A stretch of DNA of 64,000 nt, taken from assembly GCA_964252035.1 (NCBI GenBank), contig CAXUOO010000233.1; one strand, written 5' to 3'. Made by a program: the position numbers and the translations under genes. Each line of letters opens with the position of its first letter. Positions within the stretch are counted from its first letter, which is position 1. Below are positions 40,501 through 52,251 of this stretch, one piece after another. The notes under the pieces are model-generated. The model did no database searches. It worked only from the letters and a program-made list of their open reading frames with translations, and was not told where the DNA came from. The DNA is from Podarcis erhardii. Lineage: Eukaryota.

Positions 40501-43500
40501 TGACACGAATTTTATATTGTCAGCACCACGAAAAAAAAATAATATATATATCTTGTATGTAGCAGTACTGGGTGCGACAACAACAACAACGACACTAGAA
40601 AGAAAAACTTATCACACAGCACCATAATAGAAGAAGCTACCAACTAAACCAGCGCTTACAATTCTCGCGTACATGCACGTATATATATACATTTATGTAT
40701 ATATGTATGAATATGTATATGCGAAGAGAATGTTTGTACCCATGTGTATGTGAAGAATTGAAAATTCTGGTTTTTTGAGTATGAAGAGGAAAAGCGAAGT
40801 AGAAGATGCAGCAGTGTGTACCTTCAGAATGTGCCGATCTCCAGCACTGCGAAGAGCAGTGTTGTCGAAGTACTTGATTGCAATGGCTACAGAGTCTTCG
40901 TGAACAAAGGAAAGCAAAGCGTCGCCTTTGCAAAGGCCAGTGTTTGGGTCGCAGTAAATGCGGATCTTTGGCTTCACTGCTCAAAGTCAGAGCGGAAACA
41001 AAACCAAATGAAGCAGTGGAGTTTACAGCAGCTGCAAAATGCAACATAACTGTGCAAAACAAGCGGCAAAAGCAGCGAGGTGAAAGCAGCAGTGAAATCG
41101 AGCCAGTCCCAGCAAAGCGGGCGCGTGACGTCTGCTGCAGCAACAGCCCCTTCAAGAGCAACAGCGCAAAGCAGCCGTAAAGCTTCGCAGAAAAGAAAAG
41201 AAAAGCGAGATGAAAAAGCAGAAGAGTCAGCAGTTGAAAGAGTTTCTTTTATAGGATCGGCAAAGTCCGCATTAGCGAGTTGAACCACAAGCAGCAGCCG
41301 CAGCCCGCAGAAAGCTGTTGCAGCAGCACCAGCAACCGAAGAACCTTGCAACACTCCACTGATGAAGTGGAATCTACAAAAGCCCTAGCAAAACAGTACT
41401 AATGATAGTAGTTGTAGTAGTAGTAGTTTCACGAGAAGGAGAAGCAGAGAATGAAGCAGACGTGCGTCGTCAGTATATCTGCAGCTCCAGACGAGCAGCA
41501 GCTGAGTTGACGGTCGTGAATTGCAGCAGCAGTCGAGCAGCAGCACTGCTGAGCTGAAACCGCAGTGGCAGCTGATTTAAATAACTGGGCAGTATGCGAA
41601 GCAACTACAGCAATATCGGTGCTGACCGAAGAAAACGCAGCAAGACGACCCCTCGCACAGCCGCAGAAAACGCATAAACAGAGCTGATCCAGCAACTCGT
41701 CGCTACTACTACTACCACCACTACCACTACTACTGCTGCTTTTTCGTATACACAGACTCACACAGACGTAGAGAAATATACAGGCATCAAAGCACGGAAG
41801 ACCTGCACACTCTGAAAGATGCGAGTGAGTGATGTGCATACGTGTCTCTGGCTCGATTTTGAAAACTCCAGCTTTTCTGAAGAGCTCCGCAAGCTCTTCC
41901 ACAGTGCAGTCAGGCGGCAAGCCGGTGACGTACACATTGGGGTTCTTTTTGCTAGAGACCCACTCGCCCTGTTCTCGCTTGCGCTTCTGCCGCTGTCTGT
42001 ACAGTCGACGTTTCTCAGCATTGAGTTGCTTCTTCAACTGCTCAGCAGAGATGTCGTCGGAACTGGGTTTTTCTGTCTTCTTCGCAGACTCTTCGTCCCC
42101 ACCCCCTTCTTCCACAACAACGCCGCCCTGTGCTGCACTACTACTAGCAGGCAAAGTTTCCGTTTTTGCTACTTCTATTCGAGCTGCGTTTTCTGCTGCA
42201 GTCGCTGCTGCTGCTGCAACAGTGGCGCGTCGCTGCTGCGTTTGTTGCTGCGCTTCTTCGCCGCCGCCAGCCTCCGCAAGCAGCAGCAGCAACTCGTATT
42301 CCTGCGTTAAGACCACAGACTGGAATCCTCACTTTTTGGGACTTTTTCAAATCCCAACAAAAGGACTCTTCACTGTTTTTGCTGACTCAGCAACATCACC
42401 TACACATACTCGTATACATACATATGTATATATGTGGAGCACACACACACATATATATATTATTATATGTACAAGTGTATATATAGTGGTGTGTACGGTG
42501 ATTCATTACGCTTGAATAATTGGAAGAGTCGTCCTCGATAGTTGACGGCAGCAGATCGACCAGCACTCGTGAGAGCAGCAGCTCCGCTATTTTTGTGAAA
42601 GAGCAGTCACACACACACTGGAACAGTGCAAAACACAGCCACTGGCCCCACCTGAGTCGTGCGCCACTGCCTGTCTGTTTCGTCGAAAACCATCGAGTCG
42701 CCTTCAGGAGTGGTGTACTTCAGTTCCGCAGCAACGGCTGTCAGAGCCTTTCTTTCGCCCACCACTCCACGCGGCCTTCGTCGCTCCAGTTCGCGCCTCT
42801 GCTGCAGTTGCTGCACGAAGAAGGCGTCGGTGGAGCCTTCTTCTTCTTCTTCGATTTCCTCAGCAGCAGCGAGCATCGTCTTCAGTTCCTCGATTTCGCC
42901 TAGAGGCTTCCAAGTGGGCATGCTGTTCCTCCAACACAACGAGTAGCCGTCTATCAGGCAGCGCTCCAAGTACACACGCAACACCTCTACTGAGAGGGGC
43001 CCCACTGGGCAGCCTCCTTCAGTTTTTGCAGTCCAGTCGACGGCTGCAGTCTCAGACGAAGTTTTCGCTTCAGTTTCGAACAGCTGCGGCGACTTTCTTT
43101 GCTGCTGCTCTTGCGTCGGCGTTGCCCACTCAGTCTCCAACGCTGTTTCTGCGTCTGAAAAGCGAGACAGCCCACTGGCGACTGCGATCTGCTCGTCTCC
43201 GGCTGTGGCTGCTGCTAAAGATAACGATAGTGGTGCTGTCTTTTTTGTTTCTTCTGCTTTGGACTCTGCTGCAGCGTCTCTCGCCTTCTCCTCTGCCTGC
43301 TGCGTGGCCACACCGTCCTTTTTTTTCGGTTTTTCTTCCGACTGACACTGCCTAGTCGCCGCTTCTCCTCCCGTCAAAAAAGGCTGCTGACTACCACTTC
43401 TACTAGTGCGAATATCACTACTACTACTTGTATTATTATCAATTTTACTGCTGCTGCTGCTACCGCTTTCGTGCTGTTGCCTCTGGAGCGCCGCCTGCGT

Positions 43501-44154
43501 GGTGGTGGCTTGGAGAAGCACTGACAGGGCGTCTGCTGTGAGCACCACGTACCACTCTTCCTGGTTATTTTTCGCAGCTGATTTGGGGGGGGAGTTGGTG
43601 CCTGCTTTGTTGTTACGAGTGGCACTCGCTGCTCCATTTGAAACTCCACAAGTGGTGGTCTGTTCTTTTTGGGCCACTGTCTCTTCTGCTGCTGCAGACG
43701 GAGTCGCTTCCACCAGAGCTTTGGCTATAACACCTGCGAAAGCCGTCTCGACAGCTGGCGCTGCTGGTTCTGAACCAGTGTCTAGACAGCGCGTCTGCGG
43801 TGGTGAAGAAATGGAGGAGGAGGAAGAGGAGGAGCAGGAAGAGGAGGAGGCAGTGCCAGCACTGGCTGAGAGACAGGCACTGGTTGATCGTGCGTCGTCA
43901 TTGGAAGAAGAAGAAGAAAACTCAGCAGTTTGGTCTGCGCAAGGCGAAAGCTGCTTCTGCTGCTGCTGTTGTGGTGGTGGTTGGCGCTCTGCGATCGACG
44001 CTCCATGCTGAAGAGCGGGGCCTTGCTGTTTCTCCCCAACTTTTTGCGGTTGTTGCTTTTGCTGCTGTGCTTGCGGCGAATCAGTGAAAGTCGAGCCATC
44101 TGGTTCTCGCTGCGGTGGTTGCTCTGGTTGCTGTTGCTGCTGCACTAAGCTCAT
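35436..44154 (-). CDS. HTATSF1: Tat-SF1/CUS2-like U2 snRNP-associated splicing factor with GYF_2 domain and two RRM/UHM domains; exons 44154-42652, 42301-41842, 40976-40822, 40196-40019, 39259-39172, 38750-38652, 37969-37904, 37363-36981, 35507-35436
   Basis: RRM1: KKNPNVYVTGLPPDCTVEELAELFRKAGVFKIEPET|LKPKIRIYCDPNTGLCKGDALLSFVHEDSVAIAIKYFD...|VQRAEF. RRM2: RIVVMKPVYS...FYEELRRELHDEIAHYATPEKVTVIP|RHVQGLACVKLKTFEDAERIIE|QFRGRYFDGRQLDVFFYDGKTDL. Tail: QRLQQFG|DWVEEQSSEEEF. GYF_2-like segment: GPLSVEVLRVYLERCLIDGYSLCWRNSMPTWKPLGEIEEL. All eight introns are GT-AG and phase-consistent. Two apparent 1-nt deletions (about 40174 and about 37258). Confidence 0.9.
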
Positions 44155-46558
44155 CGTTTGTCAAGGCAAAAGAAAAAGGGAAAAAAAGAGTTTCTCACAT
44201 CAGGGGGTGACTGTCGCCACTGCTATCATTATTTAGTCGCACACGCAACAAGTGCCGTCTTCTTGCTGCTCTGCTCTCTCTGGGCGTCGCTACTGCTCTG
44301 ACTGTGTGTGTCTTTCTCCTACCAGTGAAGCAGCTCAGCTGCAGTCTGCGCTCCTTTTTCAGACAAAGCACTTTCACGCTCAACTCCAGTTCACACTAAC
44401 GTTCGGATCCTTCACACTCAAAATTCAACGAAAACATCAGCGTTCGTCGGTGCTCATTTACGTCTACTATGTGGAAAGATTGAGAGGCGACACTTCCAAA
44501 GTGGCCTTCACACAACAACACACGTAGACATGTGTAAGGAAGCGTTTCCGTGAAAACTTCACGAGAGGAGTCGAATTGGCCACGCTGAAATGCCACTCTT
44601 TGTCAACTTTTATACGTGATCTTCGGTACACAGACGTTGATCTCTAAAAAACCGCCACACTCGCGAGTAGGGAAGCATTGATGATCTTTCGAAAACTCTA
44701 CGCTTTCGTGTTTACGCAGATGCTCAAAACGATTACTACATATCTATATGGATCTGTGAAGCCAATTCAAAAAGAAAAGTAGCACGCACGTTTACATATA
44801 TACGTTCAAATCCGGCGACAGGAAAAACTGCTTCTCGTTCCCTCTCTCCCTGACTCTCTCTCTCTATATATATATATTGGTACGCAATACGCAAACATGC
44901 AAAAAGAAAAGAAAAGAATAATAGAAAGATAAAACTCTTTACCTGCAGTTGCTACGAGATACCCATGGGAGCACTAAAAACACAAATAGAGAGATAGGCA
45001 ACGGAGTGCATATCACATATGTAAAAGGGGACGCGAGCTGAGCGACAGAAGATGCAAAAAAGCAATTGATGTAAACAGCATCTAAATCGAAATAGTTATC
45101 AAAAGTAAAAGAAAAAAGCTTAATTAAGTTACATTTGAGGGGTAACAAAGCTGAAGACAATAGCCAAAAGCAAATCACAGAGAAAAAAGAGTGAATCGGA
45201 GTACAGAGAAAGCTTCGATGGAGGCTACCGCACAGGTTTTTCAAGGAAAAAGAAGGTTGATCAAGAAGCCTGAGAGGCAATACAGTACAGCAACGAAGTA
45301 AATTTCCCGTTTGTGGTGTGTTTTCACTCTATCAATTTTTTCACTTACCACGCATGCAGAACGACGAAAGCAATTGTACTACGCAAGAAATGACAAAAAA
45401 TATCGGAAAATCACACCCACATTTACTACGCTGAAGACTGGAAATCAATAGTTGGGCGACAAATTCCCTTGAAGTTAAAAAGTTACCGTCGACACACCCC
45501 GATGAAGCACGAAAGGAGAACTGCAGCTTTAGATTGTTTCGCTAGTTCAACACTACATTTGCAGCTGCTGTGTGTGTCGCTCGCTAGTCAATCGAGTCGT
45601 TCGTCCGTATTCCATGTCTTTCTTTTCTCTCCTTTGTCACTTCTCTGTGTTCCATGTTCCACTCTTCTTTTACAGTTTTTATACACCCTACTTACTTTTA
45701 CCACGTTGATCAGATTACCTTTTCTCTCTCATTTTCCCACCGTTTTTACGGTGCACCACTCACTTTTTCTTCTTTGAGAAGGGCATTTAAAAATGTCTCG
45801 ATCCTTTGAATTTGATATTCTTACTGTAGCGCTACCTTTAGCAGTACAGAACCCTCAAATAACGACTGCGCTCATAAAATTTTTACAGTTTTTCATCCCC
45901 TCTTTATCTTCTTCAGGGACATTCAGTGAATAGAAAGGCAGTGTAGCATCTTGCTTTTTCTCTCAGTTTGGCGATACGAAGGCGAGTAAGTAATTTTTTC
46001 TGAATCAAACTAAGTATACATAATTGATATATAAGGAAATCTACATGCAATGTCGTCGTAAACTTTCACATCATTTTTTAAGGATGAGCAAATGTTTGAA
46101 TTAGACATTCAAATCGTGCTCGATAATGCCACAGTGTGTTTGCCCTTGCGAGGAAGACTCGCACACAGATTCCTTACAAGGTGGAGCTGATGATAAAATT
46201 TTGAAAATCAAATCGGCATGAATCTGCAAACTTTGCTTTCCAGATCTGCTTCCTCCATTCTCCACATGCAGGTATTACGATTTCCATAAGGAAAAAGGAC
46301 ACTATTCTATTTGCGACTCGCGGCTGTCATGCGTGTGACTAAAGGTAAGTTTTTTTCAGCTCTTCAACACTTTCACATAAAGATCTGATGCTGTGAGAAC
46401 CCACAAGAGGATGATCTACCTTTCACATACATATATATAAACATTCAAGTTTTGCTAACAAGATAGGGAACTCCAGGGTGTGAAGCGCAGTACAAAGACA
46501 CGAACATCTGCTGCGCGCCGTGCCTACTGCCACATGAAAGCATGGACGACGTTGTCAA
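44155..46558. promoter_or_regulatory. Divergent intergenic region between Tat-SF1 and the TPK locus
   Basis: Between the head-to-head ATGs at 44154 (-) and 46559 (+). No specific site identified. Confidence 0.4.
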
Positions 46559-49256
46559 ATGTTTTCGCTTCTTGCTTCTTGTGTATTCTGCTGTGTGCTT
46601 CTCTGTCTAGTTTCGTACTCTTTCCGAACTTTTTCGGTACTCAGCATTGCAGATCTCGTAATTATCAACTGCAGGAGTAGCGACAGCAGCAGTGACAGCC
46701 CCAAGTGCAGCATCACTAGCTCGAACACCCACAAGTGCTGCTGTTGCTGCAGCAATAGCAGAAGATGTGAATGCAGCGGCAACAACAACAAAAAGCCGGT
46801 GAAAAATCGCTTCTACGGCTCAGAAACATCGAACACAAGAAAAAGAGCAGTGGCGATCACCGCAGCAGTGGCGATCACCGCAGCAGTGGCGATCGCAGCA
46901 GCGGCAGTTGGAGTCGTAATTTGCACTGCAAGAAAAGACGGTTCCATGGGTTTTTTGGGGGGGTTTTCTTCTCCCATGAGCTTCTTCGTTTCACCCCCAA
47001 AAAAACTGGCTCCCTCTTCTCGACCTCGTTGCTAGTGCTGCTTTCACTGCGTCCGCTCGCGCTGCTTCTCCTTCGACTGCCACCTCTTTGTATGCTGCTG
47101 CTCCTGCTGCCTTTTTCGGGGCTTTGGCTACACCGTCGCTCAAGGCTGCAAGAACGAGTTCCAGCGCTGTGGCTTTGGCTTTTGGTGCTGATCCTTCAAC
47201 TGCAACATCCTCCGTAGATGTTGCAGGACTGATTCCTCTAACTACTACTACTGCTGCTGCTGTGATCCCTCCTACGCCTTCCGCGTTTCTGCGCACTGAA
47301 CGTAGCAAAAAAGTCAGCAACTCACTTGCAGCCGCGATTCCCGCGTTTCGAAAGCAGCGCTTCAATAGCGTGACTGCTTGTCCGAGCAATACGCGTCCGT
47401 CGCCTGCAAAAGTTGCCCCAATACTTGCAGCCCATCAGTCGTGGAGTGGCCCTATTACTACTAGTGCCTGTGAGATTCCTGCAGCACTGAAAAGCAGCAC
47501 TGGCGTTGCGCCTTGGAAGCAAGTCACTACTACTACTCCTGCTGCAGCACCTCGAAGAGTGCAAACCAGTCGTTCACTCGCTCAAAAAAAAAGTGAAAAT
47601 GCTAATTTTTCTCACTCTACAAAACGACCACTCACGTCAACAACGAGTGTCGCCACAGCAACCCTTGCTCCAGCTGGTGCGAGCAGCACTGCTGCAGTAC
47701 TTTCTTCTACTCCTACCACTACTGCTACTACTATTAGTAAAACGACGACTACTACTCGTACTAGTGCGAGAATAACAACTCCTGTTCCTGGGGAGGCTGT
47801 CGCTCCTTCTGAAACTGCAACTTCAACGACTACTAGTATTAGCAGGGATTTTGCGAAAACAACCACTAGTGCTTCTGTGCGAAAACCGCAGCCGACAATA
47901 GTCCTGTTTGAGCGCTCACCGTCTTCGTCGCACCCTCCACTGCAGAAAAGGGGTGCAACGCCTTCTCCACGGGTGCCTTTTATCACGCTTCCTACTACTG
48001 CTGTTGCTGCTTTTCCCTCATCTTTTCCAGTCTTCTGCCGCAGCTGCACGACTGCCACTGTGGTGGAAATTTCTGAAGCAGCAACTGCACCAGAAGCGTG
48101 GTGGGCGCGCGATTCACCCACTAAAAAGGCACACTGCTCACTCATTTTGTCTCCTTTTCAAAGAACACTTTTCTGCTGCTGCTCTCAGTGGTGGAGCTGC
48201 GGTTGTTGCTGCCGGCCCCACATGTTGTTCTGTGAGTTTTGCCGCAGCAAAAAAGCAGGCCCTGCTCACCAAACTGCCGCCACTGCTCGCAAAGTTTCCG
48301 CTTCGCAGTTTGCTGGCTTCGCTCCACCAGAAGAGCGCCTTCGTTGTTTGCACCGCAGATCTTTATTAGGGGCAATTTTGAGTGAAGGAAACGTCGCCGG
48401 CAGTGTGAGCAATTGTTCGAGCAAGTCAGGCTGCAACACCAGCGCCAAAATCCGCGACCAGTCGTCTTCACAGCGCCACCACACTCGCGCTCGTTTTCTC
48501 TCCACTAGGTGGAACTGCAGCACCAACAGCACCAACAGGAGTCCCACAATTTCAAGGAAACTTCGTCAATTCTCCAACAAGAGTTTTTCTGGACTGCCCT
48601 GTGGTGCTCGACTTGTCGCTGAATTTGCACGCAGCCACCGCCACCACTCACTCGACAACAGGTGGAGCAGCAGTCGCAGTCTGCTGCAACAACAAACAAC
48701 CAGCAGTTGCTGTGTTTTGAAACCAAGCAGCTGGTGCCTTTTGAAGAGAGAAAGAGGCGCCGTCAGTTTCCACGCTGAAACGTGTGAAAGCAGCAGTTTC
48801 AGCAGACGCCTTTTTCTTCCGACCGAAAAATGCCGCAGTCGCTGCGCTCGCACTCTCTCTCTCACCCCTCTTTTTTTTACGCGTTTTCACTCGGTTCAAA
48901 CCAGCAGCAGCAACAGCACCTGCAAACCCTCCAAACTTTCGAGTCGATTCAAGCCCCTAACCAGCAGCTGCTGCTTCCTCCACTGCGGGGCCTTTTCTTC
49001 GTCCGCTTACGGTGGAAGTTCAAGTTTCTACTGGGCAATGACGACTAGACTTCTCAGCCACAACAGTGAGCGCAACAGCTCCAGTTTTCACTCCAGCAAC
49101 ATTTGCAACTGCGATAAACTAAAAAATATAAGTCCTAGTAGTTCTACTAGTTCTACTACTGCTACGCCTACTCCTACTACTACTACTGGTGTGAACCTCT
49201 ACAGCAACACCGCCAGTCACAGGCAGTTGAGGCTGACAAGGCACTTCAGCAGCAGC

Positions 49257-49300
<44 letters not shown>

Positions 49301-49892
49301 TATTGATATCAGTAGCAGCCTTGGTGTGGATGACGGCTACACAGCGACTTACAGAAGCAATAGAGACGAAAGTTCTTTTTTTCGAGGCGAAAGAAGACCG
49401 CGCTGTTTTTCAGCCAGTAAGTCTGCAATGCTTTTCGAGAGAGTCACTGGTGGCGTTTCCGAGAATAACGAGCAGTGTTTTTGCAGCAAGAAGAGCGCAT
49501 GCAGCGACTTGTCAGTGAACAGCGCTGGCAACCCCAGCAGCACTGACAAAATGCCCGTGAAAAACTCAGCCCTCAACAGCAACACCTCGACTTTCGAGCG
49601 CATGCACAGAAGCAGCGACGCAAGCCGCAGAAGAAGCAGCAGCAACTGCAGCGGCAAATCCGCTGAAAGCAGCGCAGCCACCACCACCACCACCACCACC
49701 ACCAGCACCACCAGCACCACTACATGTCTTGATCGAAGCGTCAACGAAGCTGGTTCTTTTGTCTCCAACAGAACGAGTCGAGATCTGCGGTTGATAGAGA
49801 GACTGCTTGTTGCTTCTCCCAGTGAACAGCCCTACACTGCGGGCGTCTGCTGCTGCAGACTTGACGAGAAAAAGAAGCAGCGTCAGCAGTAG
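46559..49892 (+). CDS. Long low-complexity Ser/Thr/Ala/Cys-rich reading frame, probably the N-terminal extension of TPK (or a separate gene)
   Basis: ORF 46559-47035 starts at an ATG with a signal-peptide-like segment (MFSLLASCVFCCVLLCLVSYSF) and contains a TM-like stretch. It overlaps a frame open from 46980 to 49892 (934-aa ORF call). A +1 shift near the C5/A7 run at 46994-47005 joins them. Poly-Ser and poly-Thr runs have the same style as exons of neighbouring genes. Confidence 0.55.
46847..46894. repeat. 18-bp tandem repeat (about 2.6 copies) encoding AVAITA repeats
   Basis: gcagtggcgatcaccgca twice plus a partial copy. Confidence 0.9.
49256..49294. repeat. (AGT)n trinucleotide run encoding poly-Ser
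   Basis: Directly visible. One of many CAG/AGT-type coding homopolymer runs in the window. Confidence 0.9.
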
Positions 49893-50852
49893 TAGTAGTA
49901 GTCAATGTTCCCACTCGCCGCTTCTTTTTGAGGCCAAATGCAGTCCACCTGCTCGTTTGTACGTTCTCGTCATGAATAGGCCTCTGCCGCGCTATGCTGC
50001 GAGGTTGTTGGAAGCAGCAACAGCTTACGTAGTTGCTGACGGTGGGGCCAACTATCTTCACCAGCTTTTTCTGCAGCAGCAACAACCAGCACAACAGGGA
50101 TCGGCGCTACTACTACTCAAGCAGATGCCGACAGCCATATGTGGAGACCTGGACTCGCTCACTCTAGAGGCAAGGAGACGACGAAAAAACTGATTTTCTC
50201 GCTGCTGCTCTCTGTCTTTGTTTACTCACTGTTGCGAGTTTTTCCAAGTCTTCCTCTGGATTCTGTTGCGCTTGTTGGGTTGGGTTTGGTAGTATCTTTG
50301 TGTGTTCAGTGTCAATGCTGTGTTTTAATGCTGTCAATACACTATGTAGCTCTCACACGGTGACAAGTGGACAAGTTCTGGCCTTTTGTTGTTACAGCTG
50401 TTATGTTTTGAGACGCCTGTAACAGCAGCAGCTGCTGCAGTTTCATTCTCTGTCGAAGTGACGGTCGCCTAGCAAAATGGTCGATTTAAACGAACGCCAC
50501 ACTTGCTTCTGTTTCTGAGTTGGGATGCTGTCGCTAGTGCGCTGCTTTCTCTGCTGCGCTTTCTCAAACTTGCTCAGTTTTTTTTTGAGGCATTTGTTGC
50601 TTTCGTCGTCTCTACAGGCGCGCAGATTCTTCGAAAAACAGGGAGTTCACATTGAGAACCTAGTTGATCAAAACGTCAGAGACTTGGAGAAGACTTGGAC
50701 TTACTTGCTTCAAACTCAAAACCTCACACACCAAGACGTCGTCATTTTTTTGGGTAAAACAATCGCTGCTGTCAACCCTTCAAAACAACACATAATACAC
50801 CTATGTGTATATACCCCCGCTGTTGCTTCGCTGAGCTACTCGTATCTCAATG

Positions 50853-50892
<40 letters not shown>

Positions 50893-52219
50893 GTTTGTAG
50901 GTCTGGTGTTGTTGGATAGGAGTGAATGTATGGCCTGTTTTGTGTTGATAGGAGCACTGGGAGGGCGACTAGATCACTCGTTGGCGACCTTTCACTTCGT
51001 GTCGCAGTTGAATGCCCAAGTTGATCACAAACAGTGGCAGCGTATCGACCATGAACAGAGCAGTGTGCGAGATCAGCAGCAGCTGCAGCAACTACAAAGT
51101 CTGCAATTGCAAAGCCAAACGGAGCACCAGTCTTTGCAACAACAGCCACAACAGCAACAGGAGGCACAAGAGGAAAAAGGTGTTCGTTTTGTGGAGGAAA
51201 TTCAGGTAGTCCAGGGCACGCTTCGAGCAGAGCAACAGCCAGTGAAGGAAGCGCAGACTCTTCCGCAGGTGAGCTTGTCTCAATTAGCTTCACTCTGTGC
51301 ACTATTACGCAATCGACAACAATCACAACAAGTTTCACTCACAGACACTCGAAAAAGAAGCAGCAGCAGCATAATCAGAGCTCGGTGGGATCTTGTAGTC
51401 CTGCTCAAAGATGAGGTGCCACGTGTTGCGCGCCGTTCTTTTCAAACAAATCCATTACACATTATATATGTATGAGGTATATATATATGTGGGCACCCTC
51501 TTCTTATCTGTACACACGTGTATATACATATGTTCTTCATGGAGGGGTGGATGTGGGATTTGAGCGGAAGAACAATCACTATCTGATACGTGTGTGTGTG
51601 TGAAGCCGGAGAGCAAGCAGATCAACATTGTCCTTTTTCTGTGGGTGGGCGGCTGCTACGGATGCTCGGTTAAATAGGGGAGGTAAAGTCAGTCCCGTTG
51701 TTATCTGTTTATCTTAGGTTTCTTAGGTAGCTGCATCCAGCCGTCTCTGGATTGACTTGTATTCTTTTCTGCTTTTTCAGACGCGTGCGTTTCCGCCACA
51801 GAACAGCGAGTTTTGTGTGCCTTGTTTGTACCAGACTTGCAAACGAACTGATCTACGAAATCCTAGGACAGAAAATGGCACTTCTTTTTCTACTGTGATG
51901 TGGCTATACAGATTTACTTGATGGGAGGAGATTCTCTGTGCTTTCTGATCACGCGCGGACGAACAGACATTTGGGTGCCTGCGCGATTGACTACGCCCCA
52001 GTGTGCCTTGATGCCTCTTGGTAAGCCTCTTGTTTTACATTTCACTAAAAAGAGAAAGGGTTTCATTCTTGCTGCACCAACTGTGCAGCTGCTCCCCTGC
52101 TGCTGCTGCTATTCTCGCTGCTGCTGTTCCTTGCTTTGTTCCTTGGGCTTCCACCAATGAAGACCCACATTTATATATATATATATATATCTTAAAGTTT
52201 ATCCGTACTTACACAAAGC

Positions 52220-52251
<32 letters not shown>

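Noticed and set aside
41080-44148. Plus-strand and alternative-frame ORFs (e.g. 41829-42515, 43406-44011) opposite Tat-SF1
   Set aside because: Antisense or alternate frames of repeat-rich exons giving poly-Leu, poly-Cys and poly-Ala with no independent motif.
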